Source: Candidatus Aenigmatarchaeota archaeon (GTDB taxonomy: Archaea; Aenigmatarchaeota; Aenigmatarchaeia; Aenigmatarchaeales; Aenigmatarchaeaceae). From it: 64,000 bases of DNA. Within the stretch, counting starts at the first letter, position 1, and every line of letters begins with the position of its first letter. The stretch is from positions 135,497 to 199,496 of the forward strand of contig JAZDKZ010000006.1 of the NCBI GenBank assembly GCA_043802485.1, written 5' to 3'. Positions 32,678 through 40,539 of the stretch are shown here, in pieces. A program made the translations under genes and the position numbers. Under the pieces are notes generated by a model, which was not told where the DNA came from, searched no databases, and was given only the letters and a program-made list of their open reading frames with translations.

Positions 32678-35155
32678 CTAAGCAGGCATCTTTATTCCGA
32701 CTAACCTAGATTCTCCGTTCTCCATCGACACGCCATATACGCAACCGGCAGCCTGTATGGTAGCCTCGTTATGAGAAATGACAATGAACTGGGAGCTGTC
32801 TGAATACTTGTTTATCAGGTCAATAGCCTTCTTCGAGTTGGGCTTGTCCAGGGCAGCGTCAATCTCGTCCAAGACATAGAACGGCGCAGGCCTGAACCTT
32901 TGTATGGCAAACAAAAACGCCAGAGCAGTCAGGGTTTTTTCGCCGCCAGACATCAGATCTATGTTCATTAATTTTTTACCTTTAGCGCTTCCTTCTATCA
33001 ATAAACCGCTGTCCAGACCGCCTATCAATCTTAAATCAGCAGGCCCACTCATCAGGTCCTTGAAGACAATCTTGAACTCCTCCCTCAGCCTCTCCAAAGT
33101 TTTGTTGAAAGTCTCAATCCTCCTGCCCTCTATCTCTGCTATTATCTCAAGAATCTTGTTCCTCTCCTCTGTGAGCTTGTCAACCCTTTCCTTCAGCTGG
33201 TCATAGATATTCTTCTGCTGCTCGAACTCCTCAAGGGCCTTCATATTTATCAGGCCGAGCGCCTTTATCTGCAAAGTCGTGTCAAGTATCCTTCTTTCCA
33301 GGACAGATGGCGCAGCCTCAATCAGCTCGGTATTTTCGAAAGCAGAAAATTCTAATTTAATATTCTCAAGCTCGGCCTCAAGCCTTGCCTTGCTTATCCT
33401 CAAGCGGTTGATGTCCTCCTGCTGGCTCATCCTGTCCCTGAACATCTTCTTCTTCTTGCCCTCCAGGGAATCCAGCATGCCCTCCAACTCGTGCTTCCTC
33501 TTCTGCATGTTGACGAGTTCCTTGTCGCCCATCTTCTCCTCTGTGGTAAGATTGGCAAGCTTCTTGTCCATCACAGAAACTTCCATCTCCGTTTCCTCTA
33601 TCTCTTTCTGCAGGTTAGCCATCTCCTCTTTGTATTTTTCAGTCTCATCCTTGCCGACAAGCATGTTCTTCTTGCGATAGAAACCTCCTATGATAGCTCC
33701 AGACCTTTCGACTAGGTCACCATCCAAAGTAACATAACGCGTCTTGCCTATTCCCAGGCTTCTGACAGTCTCTATCCTGTCAGCGACAAGGGTCTCGCCG
33801 AACACGAATGAGAAGGCATGGTAATAGCGCTGGTCGTATTCTATCAGATCCAGGGCAATGCCGATAACGCCCTTCTCACCCTTGAATTTTCTCAACTTGG
33901 AGCTGTCCCTTTCCCTTATCTTGTCCAACGGTAAGAAAGTGGCCCTACCTATCCTGTTTGCTTTCAAAAAGTTAACACACTTGACAGCAACGTCCTGATT
34001 AGAAACAATGATATCGTTAAGATGCGGGCCTGCAGTAACCTCGATGGCTGTCTGGTATTTGTTGGGAACAGTTATCAGGGAGGCGACTGTGCCGTAAACT
34101 CCGTCAAGCCCGAGCTTCATCACCTCTGTCACAGCTCTGCTTGACGAACCTTCCCTCTCCTTTTGCTTGAGCGCCTCCAGCCTGTTTATTACCTCCTCGA
34201 TCCTTTTTATGCTGTGACGGGCCATGTCGGCTCTGTCCTTTCTCCTGCTAATGTCAGACCTGAGCTTCTCGACCTCCTTTATTATGGCAATGTCCTTGGT
34301 CCTGTCAAAAAGCCTCTTGTCTATCTGGTCCAGCTCCTTCTCGACGCCCTCAAGCTCCTTGTCAATGTTCTCGACATCCAGCTCAATGTCCTGCGTTTCC
34401 ATCTTGCCTATCTTCTCGTTCAGCGTTTCCATCGCCTTCTCGGCAACGACCAGCTTATGTTTTGACAGCGAAGCCCTTGCCTTTTCCAGACTTTCGGTAA
34501 GCCTCTTATGTTTCTGTGCGTCTTTGGCCTCATTCTCCAGCCTGTCAATGGAAGACCTTTTCTCGTTAAGGACAATGTGCGACTCTTTCAGCCTGTCCTC
34601 GACAGTCATGAGCTCGTGCTGGGCCTTGTCTCTCTTCTGGTCGAACTCGCTTATGCCTGATATCTCGTCGATTATCTCCCTCCTTTCCATGGGGTTCATC
34701 TCGACTATCTCGGTGATGTCTCCCTGCAGAATTATGTTGTAGCCGTCAGACTGTATCCTGACAGGTCTGAGAACCTCCTGTATCTTCTCCCTTGTCACAG
34801 TTCTGCCGTTCAGCTTGTACATGGAGACTCCCTTCTTGTTGACCCTTCTTGATACGACAAGTCTGTCGTCGTCGAACGGAAACTCCCTTTTGGTATTGTC
34901 AAAATAAATAGAGACCTTTGCCAGCTCAGACGCCGGCCTTGTCGTCGTGCCGTGGAAGACCATCTCCATGAGACGGTCTGCCCTCAGGCTCTTGGCAGAC
35001 TTTCTTCCCAGCACAAAGCAGATGGCATCGAGAACGTTGGATTTGCCCGAGCCGTTGGGCCCGCAGATAACTGAAAAGTTATTCGGAAAGGTAAGCAAAG
35101 TCTTTTTGGCAAAGGACTTGAACCCCTGTATCTCGAGCTTCTCTATTCTTGTCAT
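32678..35155 (-). CDS. smc: SMC chromosome segregation ATPase, short form (825 aa)
   Basis: Walker A GPNGSGKSN, a hinge region (GVYGTVASLITVPNKYQTAIEVTAG...RATFLPLDKI), the signature LSGGEKTLTALAFLFAI and Walker B FYVLDEIDAALD. Confidence 0.9.
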   Translation of the reverse strand: MTRIEKLEIQGFKSFAKKTLLTFPNNFSVICGPNGSGKSNVLDAICFVLGRKSAKSLRADRLMEMVFHGTTTRPASELAKVSIYFDNTKREFPFDDDRLVVSRRVNKKGVSMYKLNGRTVTREKIQEVLRPVRIQSDGYNIILQGDITEIVEMNPMERREIIDEISGISEFDQKRDKAQHELMTVEDRLKESHIVLNEKRSSIDRLENEAKDAQKHKRLTESLEKARASLSKHKLVVAEKAMETLNEKIGKMETQDIELDVENIDKELEGVEKELDQIDKRLFDRTKDIAIIKEVEKLRSDISRRKDRADMARHSIKRIEEVINRLEALKQKEREGSSSRAVTEVMKLGLDGVYGTVASLITVPNKYQTAIEVTAGPHLNDIIVSNQDVAVKCVNFLKANRIGRATFLPLDKIRERDSSKLRKFKGEKGVIGIALDLIEYDQRYYHAFSFVFGETLVADRIETVRSLGIGKTRYVTLDGDLVERSGAIIGGFYRKKNMLVGKDETEKYKEEMANLQKEIEETEMEVSVMDKKLANLTTEEKMGDKELVNMQKRKHELEGMLDSLEGKKKKMFRDRMSQQEDINRLRISKARLEAELENIKLEFSAFENTELIEAAPSVLERRILDTTLQIKALGLINMKALEEFEQQKNIYDQLKERVDKLTEERNKILEIIAEIEGRRIETFNKTLERLREEFKIVFKDLMSGPADLRLIGGLDSGLLIEGSAKGKKLMNIDLMSGGEKTLTALAFLFAIQRFRPAPFYVLDEIDAALDKPNSKKAIDLINKYSDSSQFIVISHNEATIQAAGCVYGVSMENGESRLVGIKMPA

Positions 35156-35224
35156 AGTCTCACTAGAACTATTTTATAATTAACATTAAACTATGGATTA
35201 AATAAATATTTCTTTTGAAGAAAA

Positions 35225-36385
35225 TCACAGCAAGTGCTTGGCCAGAGTGACCAACCTGGGCTTTCTCATCAGTATCTTTGCCAAAGTTGATAGCTTGGCG
35301 CCTCTTGAAAACTCTATTATGTCATTCGGGTTCAGGGCGTCAGCCAGATCGTTCAGGTCCTCGTCTGAAAGCTTCTCTACAACTTCCCTCAGCTTCTCGA
35401 CATTCCTCATGAGATGACCTCTCTCGTCCCACCAAAGCTTGTTGAAGATTGAAAGAGCCTTTTCAGAAACATTGCCTCTTTTCAGGCATTCGCTGATAAC
35501 ATCAGCGGCAAGTATGCCTGATATCACAGCCTCCTTTATGCCGCCGCCGTGTATCGGGTTGACCTGATGGGCAGCCTCGCCGCAAACTAGGAAGCCGTCA
35601 GCAACCATGTTCTTCTCCATGCCGCCTACAGGAACGCAACCGCCATTGACCTCTATTATCGAGCCCTTCTTCAGCCCAGGGTGCTTTTCTATGAAATTGT
35701 TCAAGTAGAATTTTGCAGTCTTTTCTCCAGGAATTATACCAACGCCAACATTGGCCCTGTCCTTTCCTTTCGGGAATATCCACACATAGCCCCTAGGACT
35801 TATGTCATGACCAACATAGATGTGGATAAAGTCAGGATCAAAGTCTATGCCAGACATCTCATATTGCAAACAGGAATCAATCACGTCAGGATTTGACACT
35901 ATGCCGAGCGCCTGCTTCCTCAAAGGAGATTCAGCACCTGTGGCGCACACTATAACTTTCGCCCTTTCCTCAAACTTGTCGCCGACAAACTCTCCCTTCA
36001 CGCCGACGAATTTGCCATCTTCTTTTATCAATTCAGAAATAAAGCTGTCTGACTGTATCACAGCACCAGCCTTTACAGCCCTTTCTGCCAGCCACTTGTC
36101 AAACACCTTCCTCTCAAGAACAAAGCCACCATATTCAAGTAAAGCATCAACGCTCTTGCCGTTAGGAGCATAAATCCTAGAACCCTTGATTCTCTTGGCT
36201 ATACATCTCTCTGGAATCTCTCCGACGTACTGCTTTATGGACTCGCTAAGACCTTCTCCGCAACGTTTTGGGGAGCCTATCTCCCTTCTTCTATCAAAAA
36301 CTTTTACAGAGAAACCGTTCTCTGCCAGCTTCTTTGCGCAGCACGTACCTGCAGGGCCGGCGCCAATAATGATTACATCGTACAT
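35225..36385 (-). CDS. Geranylgeranyl reductase family flavoprotein (archaeal lipid saturation)
   Basis: 386 aa. YDVIIIGAGPAGTCCAKKLA FAD motif and a GGR-like layout (CGEAAHQVNPIHGGGI). Confidence 0.85.
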   Translation of the reverse strand: MYDVIIIGAGPAGTCCAKKLAENGFSVKVFDRRREIGSPKRCGEGLSESIKQYVGEIPERCIAKRIKGSRIYAPNGKSVDALLEYGGFVLERKVFDKWLAERAVKAGAVIQSDSFISELIKEDGKFVGVKGEFVGDKFEERAKVIVCATGAESPLRKQALGIVSNPDVIDSCLQYEMSGIDFDPDFIHIYVGHDISPRGYVWIFPKGKDRANVGVGIIPGEKTAKFYLNNFIEKHPGLKKGSIIEVNGGCVPVGGMEKNMVADGFLVCGEAAHQVNPIHGGGIKEAVISGILAADVISECLKRGNVSEKALSIFNKLWWDERGHLMRNVEKLREVVEKLSDEDLNDLADALNPNDIIEFSRGAKLSTLAKILMRKPRLVTLAKHLL

Positions 36386-36456
36386 AGAATCATTTATTCT
36401 GCTTTCTCTCTTTGGAGTACTTCCACTGGGATTTTTTCAGCTTCCATCCTCTTTTT

Positions 36457-36636
36457 TTAGGCATCTTTTTCCACCTTTATTGCCTTTACAGGGCATACCT
36501 TTTCGCACACGCCACATAGCGTGCACAGGCTTTCATCATGAATTATGTGCTCTTTCAATTCCAAGGCTGCGAACGGGCAAACCGACACACATCCGCCGCA
36601 TCTCAAGCATTTTTTGTTGTCTATAATCCAAGCCAT
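36457..36636 (-). CDS. 2x[4Fe-4S] ferredoxin
   Basis: 59-aa ORF below the track cut-off. It has CLRCGGCVSVCP and CTLCGVCEKVCP and lies directly upstream of the GGR gene on the same strand. Confidence 0.75.
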   Translation of the reverse strand: MAWIIDNKKCLRCGGCVSVCPFAALELKEHIIHDESLCTLCGVCEKVCPVKAIKVEKDA

Positions 36637-36645
36637 TAAATCAAC

Positions 36646-36677
36646 TTTTGAAACTTTTCAAAACTTGTAAAAGTTTT
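36646..36677. promoter_or_regulatory. Two overlapping perfect hairpins
   Basis: The hairpins are TTTTGAAA-CT-TTTCAAAA and AAAACTT-GTAA-AAGTTTT. They share the AAAA at 36660-36663, so they are mutually exclusive. They lie between the aspS stop and the ferredoxin start. Confidence 0.35.
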
Positions 36678-36699
36678 ATGTTTGACAGAATATTTAAGC

Positions 36700-38016
36700 T
36701 TATGGAATCAGCCTTTCCTTTGTCCTTGGAAAGAGGCTGGCTTCTTTTATATTGGCTAGCTTCAAAAGCGTCATAGTAAGCCTTTCAAGCCCTATGGACC
36801 AGCCACCATGAGGAGGCATGCCGTACCTGAAAGCGTCAAGATAGAAGCTGAAATCCTCGGGATTAAGCCCTTTTTCTTTTATGTTCTTGACCAATTCATC
36901 ATATCGATGCTCCCTTTGGGCACCACTGCTTATTTCCGTTCCGTTAAGCAGCAGATCAAAACCTTTGCTGTACTTTGGATCGTCCTCCTTCATGCAGTAA
37001 AATGGTTTAACGGAAGAAGGCCATTTTGTTACAAGAATAGGATTGAACAATTCGCACAACTTTTTCTCGGCCTCAGGTGTCAAATCTTCTCCCCAAGCGA
37101 TACTAATACCTACTTTTTCCAATTCCTTGAGGGCATTATCATATGCAAGCCTTTTTATCGGAAACTTTAGGCCTTCTATCTTGAAATCTAAGAGTTTCAA
37201 CGAATCTGCACAGTCCTTGTTAACATTATCTATTGCAAACTGCAAATAACCATCAAAATGCTTCAGAACATCCTCGTCGTTTCTGATAAAAGCCTCCTCC
37301 ATGTCCATCTGAACCAGCTCATTCAGATGTCTCGGTGTGTCATGAGGCTCAGCCCTGAAGACCCTTGATATTATGTTCACCTTGTCAAAACCCGAAGCCA
37401 GAACCATTTGCTTGTACAACTGCGGACTCTGGTTGAGATAAGCCTCCTTACCAAAATAATCCACTGAAAACATTGTTGCTCCACCTTCAGCAGCTGCCTC
37501 GACTATTATAGGTGTGTTCAAATCTATGAAACCAAGCTTTCTGAAATAGTCTGAAAAGCTCCTTTTCAAAGAGTCTGAAATACAGAAAATAGCCGCCACT
37601 TCATGTTTTCTCAGGTCCAAGAACCTCACATTTAGTCTTGTAACAAGCTCGGCAGGCGTCTTTCTTGTCTCCATTTCTAGGGGCAACGGCTTTTCAGAAA
37701 CATTGAGAACCCTTATCTCGGAAGGAACTATCTCCACTCCGTTCGGGGCCTCATTGCTGGCTTTGACCTTGCCTTTGACAGCAATGACATCCTCCCTGCC
37801 AAGGCTTTTGACCTTCTCTATAAGCTCTGCTGGAAGGTCCTTTTTCGCTATTATTTGCGTGAAGCCCTCGCGGTCAGCCAGTTTTATGAACTTTATCTTT
37901 CCCAAGTCCCTCAGTTCCCTGACCCAGCCCATCACTATCACTTCCTGACCGTCCAAACCCCCGCTCAGCTGCTTGGAGTAATGGGACCTTTGCCAGTCCC
38001 CTATGTTTTCGATCAT
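36700..38016 (-). CDS. aspS: Aspartyl-tRNA synthetase, archaeal type
   Basis: 438 aa. N-terminal OB fold and class II motifs (FRAEPHDTPRHLNE, GGWSIGLERL). Confidence 0.9.
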   Translation of the reverse strand: MIENIGDWQRSHYSKQLSGGLDGQEVIVMGWVRELRDLGKIKFIKLADREGFTQIIAKKDLPAELIEKVKSLGREDVIAVKGKVKASNEAPNGVEIVPSEIRVLNVSEKPLPLEMETRKTPAELVTRLNVRFLDLRKHEVAAIFCISDSLKRSFSDYFRKLGFIDLNTPIIVEAAAEGGATMFSVDYFGKEAYLNQSPQLYKQMVLASGFDKVNIISRVFRAEPHDTPRHLNELVQMDMEEAFIRNDEDVLKHFDGYLQFAIDNVNKDCADSLKLLDFKIEGLKFPIKRLAYDNALKELEKVGISIAWGEDLTPEAEKKLCELFNPILVTKWPSSVKPFYCMKEDDPKYSKGFDLLLNGTEISSGAQREHRYDELVKNIKEKGLNPEDFSFYLDAFRYGMPPHGGWSIGLERLTMTLLKLANIKEASLFPRTKERLIP

Positions 38017-38020
38017 AAAA

Positions 38021-38266
38021 TCACAAGTTGAAGAATACCACCCATGTTATGAACCAGATGAACAGGTAGAGCCATCCTCCGTTGGACCAGAACCACTTGA
38101 ACTTCTCTTCTACCTTGAAGGCTTTCTTGACAAGTCCTGCAACAAGCACGAAAGAGACTATGGCCAGTCCCAGGGACATGAACTCGTCGTTCAGCAAGTA
38201 GCTCATATAGCCTATAACAATACCTGCCAGCACATAGATAAGGTTTGATTTTGTCTTTGTTTTCAT
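38021..38266 (-). CDS. Small membrane protein (81 aa, 3 TM)
   Basis: Open frame with three clean hydrophobic helices, tightly packed between rnhB and aspS. Confidence 0.4.
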   Translation of the reverse strand: MKTKTKSNLIYVLAGIVIGYMSYLLNDEFMSLGLAIVSFVLVAGLVKKAFKVEEKFKWFWSNGGWLYLFIWFITWVVFFNL

Positions 38267-38290
38267 GTTTATCCTCCTTATTTATTTCTA

Positions 38291-38944
38291 CTATACATCT
38301 TTTAATGTTTTTTGTTCCCTCTTATTCTTAAGGTTCTGCACAGTGGACCAGGAATGCCTCAGATATTCGGTGTATTTCTTCTCTTTCAGGGCCTTTTTCA
38401 CAAAGTCTATGCTTCTCTGGTCATGAGGATAACCCACGCCAAAGTCAAAGCCCACCTTCTCCTTTATCTTATCAATATAATTGTCCCTGTCGACCTTTGC
38501 CAATATGGCAGCTGCTGAAACAACCGGGAACTTTAGGTCAGCATGGTTCTCGGCTATTATCTCCGTACGGTTCTTGGCCATTGCCAAGAGAATGTTTTTG
38601 AACTTGTCTGTCGAGACCTGCGGAGCGTCTATGTAAGCCTTGTCAGCCTTCATGGCCCTTATTATCTCGGCCATCTTCTGGGCCTCTATGACGTTTAGGT
38701 TAATCTCCTTCATCAGGCGGTCAATGTCCTTGGCAGTTACCTTCAGAACAATATAATCCTTGGCAATTGCCTTTATCTTTGGATAGAGCTCCTCTCTCTG
38801 CTTGCGCGAGAGCAGCTTGCTGTCCTTGACACCAAGAGCTTTCAGCTTATCAGAGTCCTTCTCGTCTATGACAACTCCGCCGATGAACATGGGCCCGATA
38901 ACAGAGCCGCGCCCCGCCTCGTCAATGCCAAGAATGGTTGTCAT
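38291..38944 (-). CDS. rnhB: Ribonuclease HII
   Basis: 217 aa. ILGIDEAGRGSVIGPM and later catalytic Asp motifs. Confidence 0.9.
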   Translation of the reverse strand: MTTILGIDEAGRGSVIGPMFIGGVVIDEKDSDKLKALGVKDSKLLSRKQREELYPKIKAIAKDYIVLKVTAKDIDRLMKEINLNVIEAQKMAEIIRAMKADKAYIDAPQVSTDKFKNILLAMAKNRTEIIAENHADLKFPVVSAAAILAKVDRDNYIDKIKEKVGFDFGVGYPHDQRSIDFVKKALKEKKYTEYLRHSWSTVQNLKNKREQKTLKDV

Positions 38945-39030
38945 AATAACACTTTGTAGTAACTTTATATAACTTTTAACATCTTATTATTAAAACAATA
39001 GCGGGGTAGGGCAGCCAGGAGTGCCCGTCG

Positions 39031-39051
39031 AGATGTTAAAACATCGCGGAT
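39031..39051 (+). other. tRNA intron 1 (21 nt, non-canonical position 29/30)
   Basis: Central helix CCGT (39025-28) pairs with GCGG (39046-49). It is flanked by the 3-nt bulges CG|A and AT|G. The intron hairpin is GATGT/ACATC. Confidence 0.6.
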
Positions 39052-39054
39052 GGC

Positions 39055-39753
39055 TCATAAGGATGTCTTGGGACACCCGAAGGTCGGAGGTTCAAATCCT
39101 TCCCCCGCTATCATTATTTTTCTATATCTTTCTATTTTTTTAGAATTAGAAAAGCCTATTCTTTTATGCCATTTCATTAGCTCTTTAATACCATTTAGCT
39201 GTATTCTTATATTTTCGTTATCTATCTTGTAAGCACCAAATCTGAATTTATTTCTTTCCATAATCTCTATGAACTGTTGTTGCATGGGAGATTTACAAAT
39301 CTTCATCTCTAACCTTGGGTATTGAATGCCGTTGTTATTTACTATTGTCAAACACCCATCAGTATCAAAATACCCTTTTAAAACAAAGTTCTCTAATTTG
39401 TTTCCAAAGTAAATACTAGGTATTCTGGCTCGATTTCTTTTTGGAGACAGCGACATACCCAATCTTTCCGTCAAAAACTTTAAAACACCCTTGTTGAATA
39501 ACAGCAAATCAAGAGTGTTTTCTCCTTTTCTGAACCTTTTCAGCGGTCTTAGGCCGAATAGATTCTCTACAAGATTTTCTATATAGGCCGCATACTTTGT
39601 TTCATCTTTAGAGTTCAAAGAAATTTTTATTCTATTTTGGATACTTATCTTGTTCTTAAATTTACATTTGTACACGCCTATAGAACCGTCCCCCAACATT
39701 ATCCCAACAAATTCAGCAAGTTTCTTGTCACATAAGGTGGGTGTCTTCACCAT
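39055..39753 (-). CDS. Double-motif LAGLIDADG homing endonuclease
   Basis: 232-aa ORF. First motif LAEFVGIMLGDGSIG, second motif FVLKGYFDTDGCL. The last ~18 codons (IAGEGFEPPTFG...) are antisense read-through of the tRNA 3' half. Confidence 0.8.
   Translation of the reverse strand: MVKTPTLCDKKLAEFVGIMLGDGSIGVYKCKFKNKISIQNRIKISLNSKDETKYAAYIENLVENLFGLRPLKRFRKGENTLDLLLFNKGVLKFLTERLGMSLSPKRNRARIPSIYFGNKLENFVLKGYFDTDGCLTIVNNNGIQYPRLEMKICKSPMQQQFIEIMERNKFRFGAYKIDNENIRIQLNGIKELMKWHKRIGFSNSKKIERYRKIMIAGEGFEPPTFGCPKTSL
39060..39074 (+). other. tRNA intron 2 (15 nt, canonical position 37/38)
   Basis: Central helix CTCA (39054-57) pairs with TGGG (39069-72). It is flanked by the 3-nt bulges TA|A and AC|A. 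Confidence 0.6.
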
Positions 39754-39814
39754 GTAATACTGAATTTCTTTTGTTTTAATGTTATTTTACCAAGAAAAGT
39801 TGTAATAAATACCT

Positions 39815-39967
39815 TTATTTCTTGAAACCCAGAGTCTGAAAAATATTAATGTCGTCACCGACTTCCACATCGTCAGTAACACTGATTTCCTTCTTGGTGC
39901 CCTCGACCAGAACGATGGCCTTCTTGTCCTTCAGTTCAAGAACTTTGCCTTTTTGTAACAAACACAT
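39815..39967 (-). CDS. hypC: HypC/HupF-like hydrogenase maturation chaperone (short, 50 aa)
   Basis: An internal ATG gives the N-terminus MCLLQKGKVLEL...AIVLVEG..KEISV...VGDDINIF. The essential Cys2 and a beta-barrel-like pattern are present. Confidence 0.5.
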   Translation of the reverse strand: MCLLQKGKVLELKDKKAIVLVEGTKKEISVTDDVEVGDDINIFQTLGFKK

Positions 39968-39977
39968 GGTTCTATTA

Positions 39978-40505
39978 TTAGTTTTGCTCTCTTTTAAACC
40001 TATTATAATATTCAGAAGCGGTTTCAAACTCCTTCTGACTCAATACCATATGAATTTTATCTCTATGAAGAATTACCAAATCTCCAATTTTCAAGACACT
40101 CTCAGTTATTATTCCAGGGTAGCACTCTGAGTCTGTTATTATTTCTTTGCTGTCTATTCTTTCAACAACCCATTTGGAATCTTTCCTTTTAACTATTCTG
40201 CTTGGGTAAGCAGTGCACCATTCGACCAGCTTGTTTTTTGTGTACTTTTCCAACATACATATTGTTCTATTATGGACCAAGAAAAAATACTCAAAGAAAC
40301 CGTATTCTTTGACACCTTCATATGCCATGGGAAAAAATCTCTCTAGAAAGCTCTCGTCAACTTCTCCTGTTTTAATAGATTCTTTTATTTTGATGATAGT
40401 GTTTTCGGAAGGAACATCAGGACTGAATATAGGCCTATCGTCACCTGCTCTCCTCAAACAGGAAATGGCCATCTTAAGAAATTTTATCTTCTCGTCACTA
40501 TCCAT
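39978..40505 (-). CDS. Hypothetical protein with a HypC-like C-terminal half
   Basis: 175 aa. The C-terminal ...WCTAYPSRIVKRKDSKWVVER...IGDLVILHRDKIHMVLSQKEFETASEYY resembles MCLAIPGKVV...GDYVLVHAGFAI..eeA. The Cys is internal, after a ~95-aa extension. Confidence 0.35.
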   Translation of the reverse strand: MDSDEKIKFLKMAISCLRRAGDDRPIFSPDVPSENTIIKIKESIKTGEVDESFLERFFPMAYEGVKEYGFFEYFFLVHNRTICMLEKYTKNKLVEWCTAYPSRIVKRKDSKWVVERIDSKEIITDSECYPGIITESVLKIGDLVILHRDKIHMVLSQKEFETASEYYNRFKREQN

Positions 40506-40539
40506 ACATTAATTAATCATGTTGAACCTAATAAATTTT

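Larger units (their letters stand above)
39000..39110 (+). tRNA. Initiator-type tRNA-Met (CAT) interrupted by two BHB introns
   Basis: Acceptor stem AGCGGGG/CCCCGCT (A1:U72). Removing 39031-39051 and 39060-39074 gives the anticodon arm TCGGG-CTCATAA-CCCGA, with the three G:C pairs typical of initiators. T arm GGAGG-TTCAAAT-CCTTC. Both introns fold into a bulge-helix-bulge. Confidence 0.7.

Noticed and set aside
36186-36626. 146-aa plus-strand ORF spanning the GGR start and the spacer.
   Set aside because: It is antisense to the GGR N-terminus and to the 59-aa ferredoxin, whose two CxxCxxCxxxCP motifs make the minus-strand reading far more credible.
39055-39110. C-terminal tail ...IAGEGFEPPTFGCPKTSL of the LAGLIDADG ORF as a functional protein segment.
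   Set aside because: GFEPPT-type peptides are the well-known antisense translation of a tRNA T arm. The endonuclease fold is complete before this point, so the overlap is probably read-through to the first available stop.
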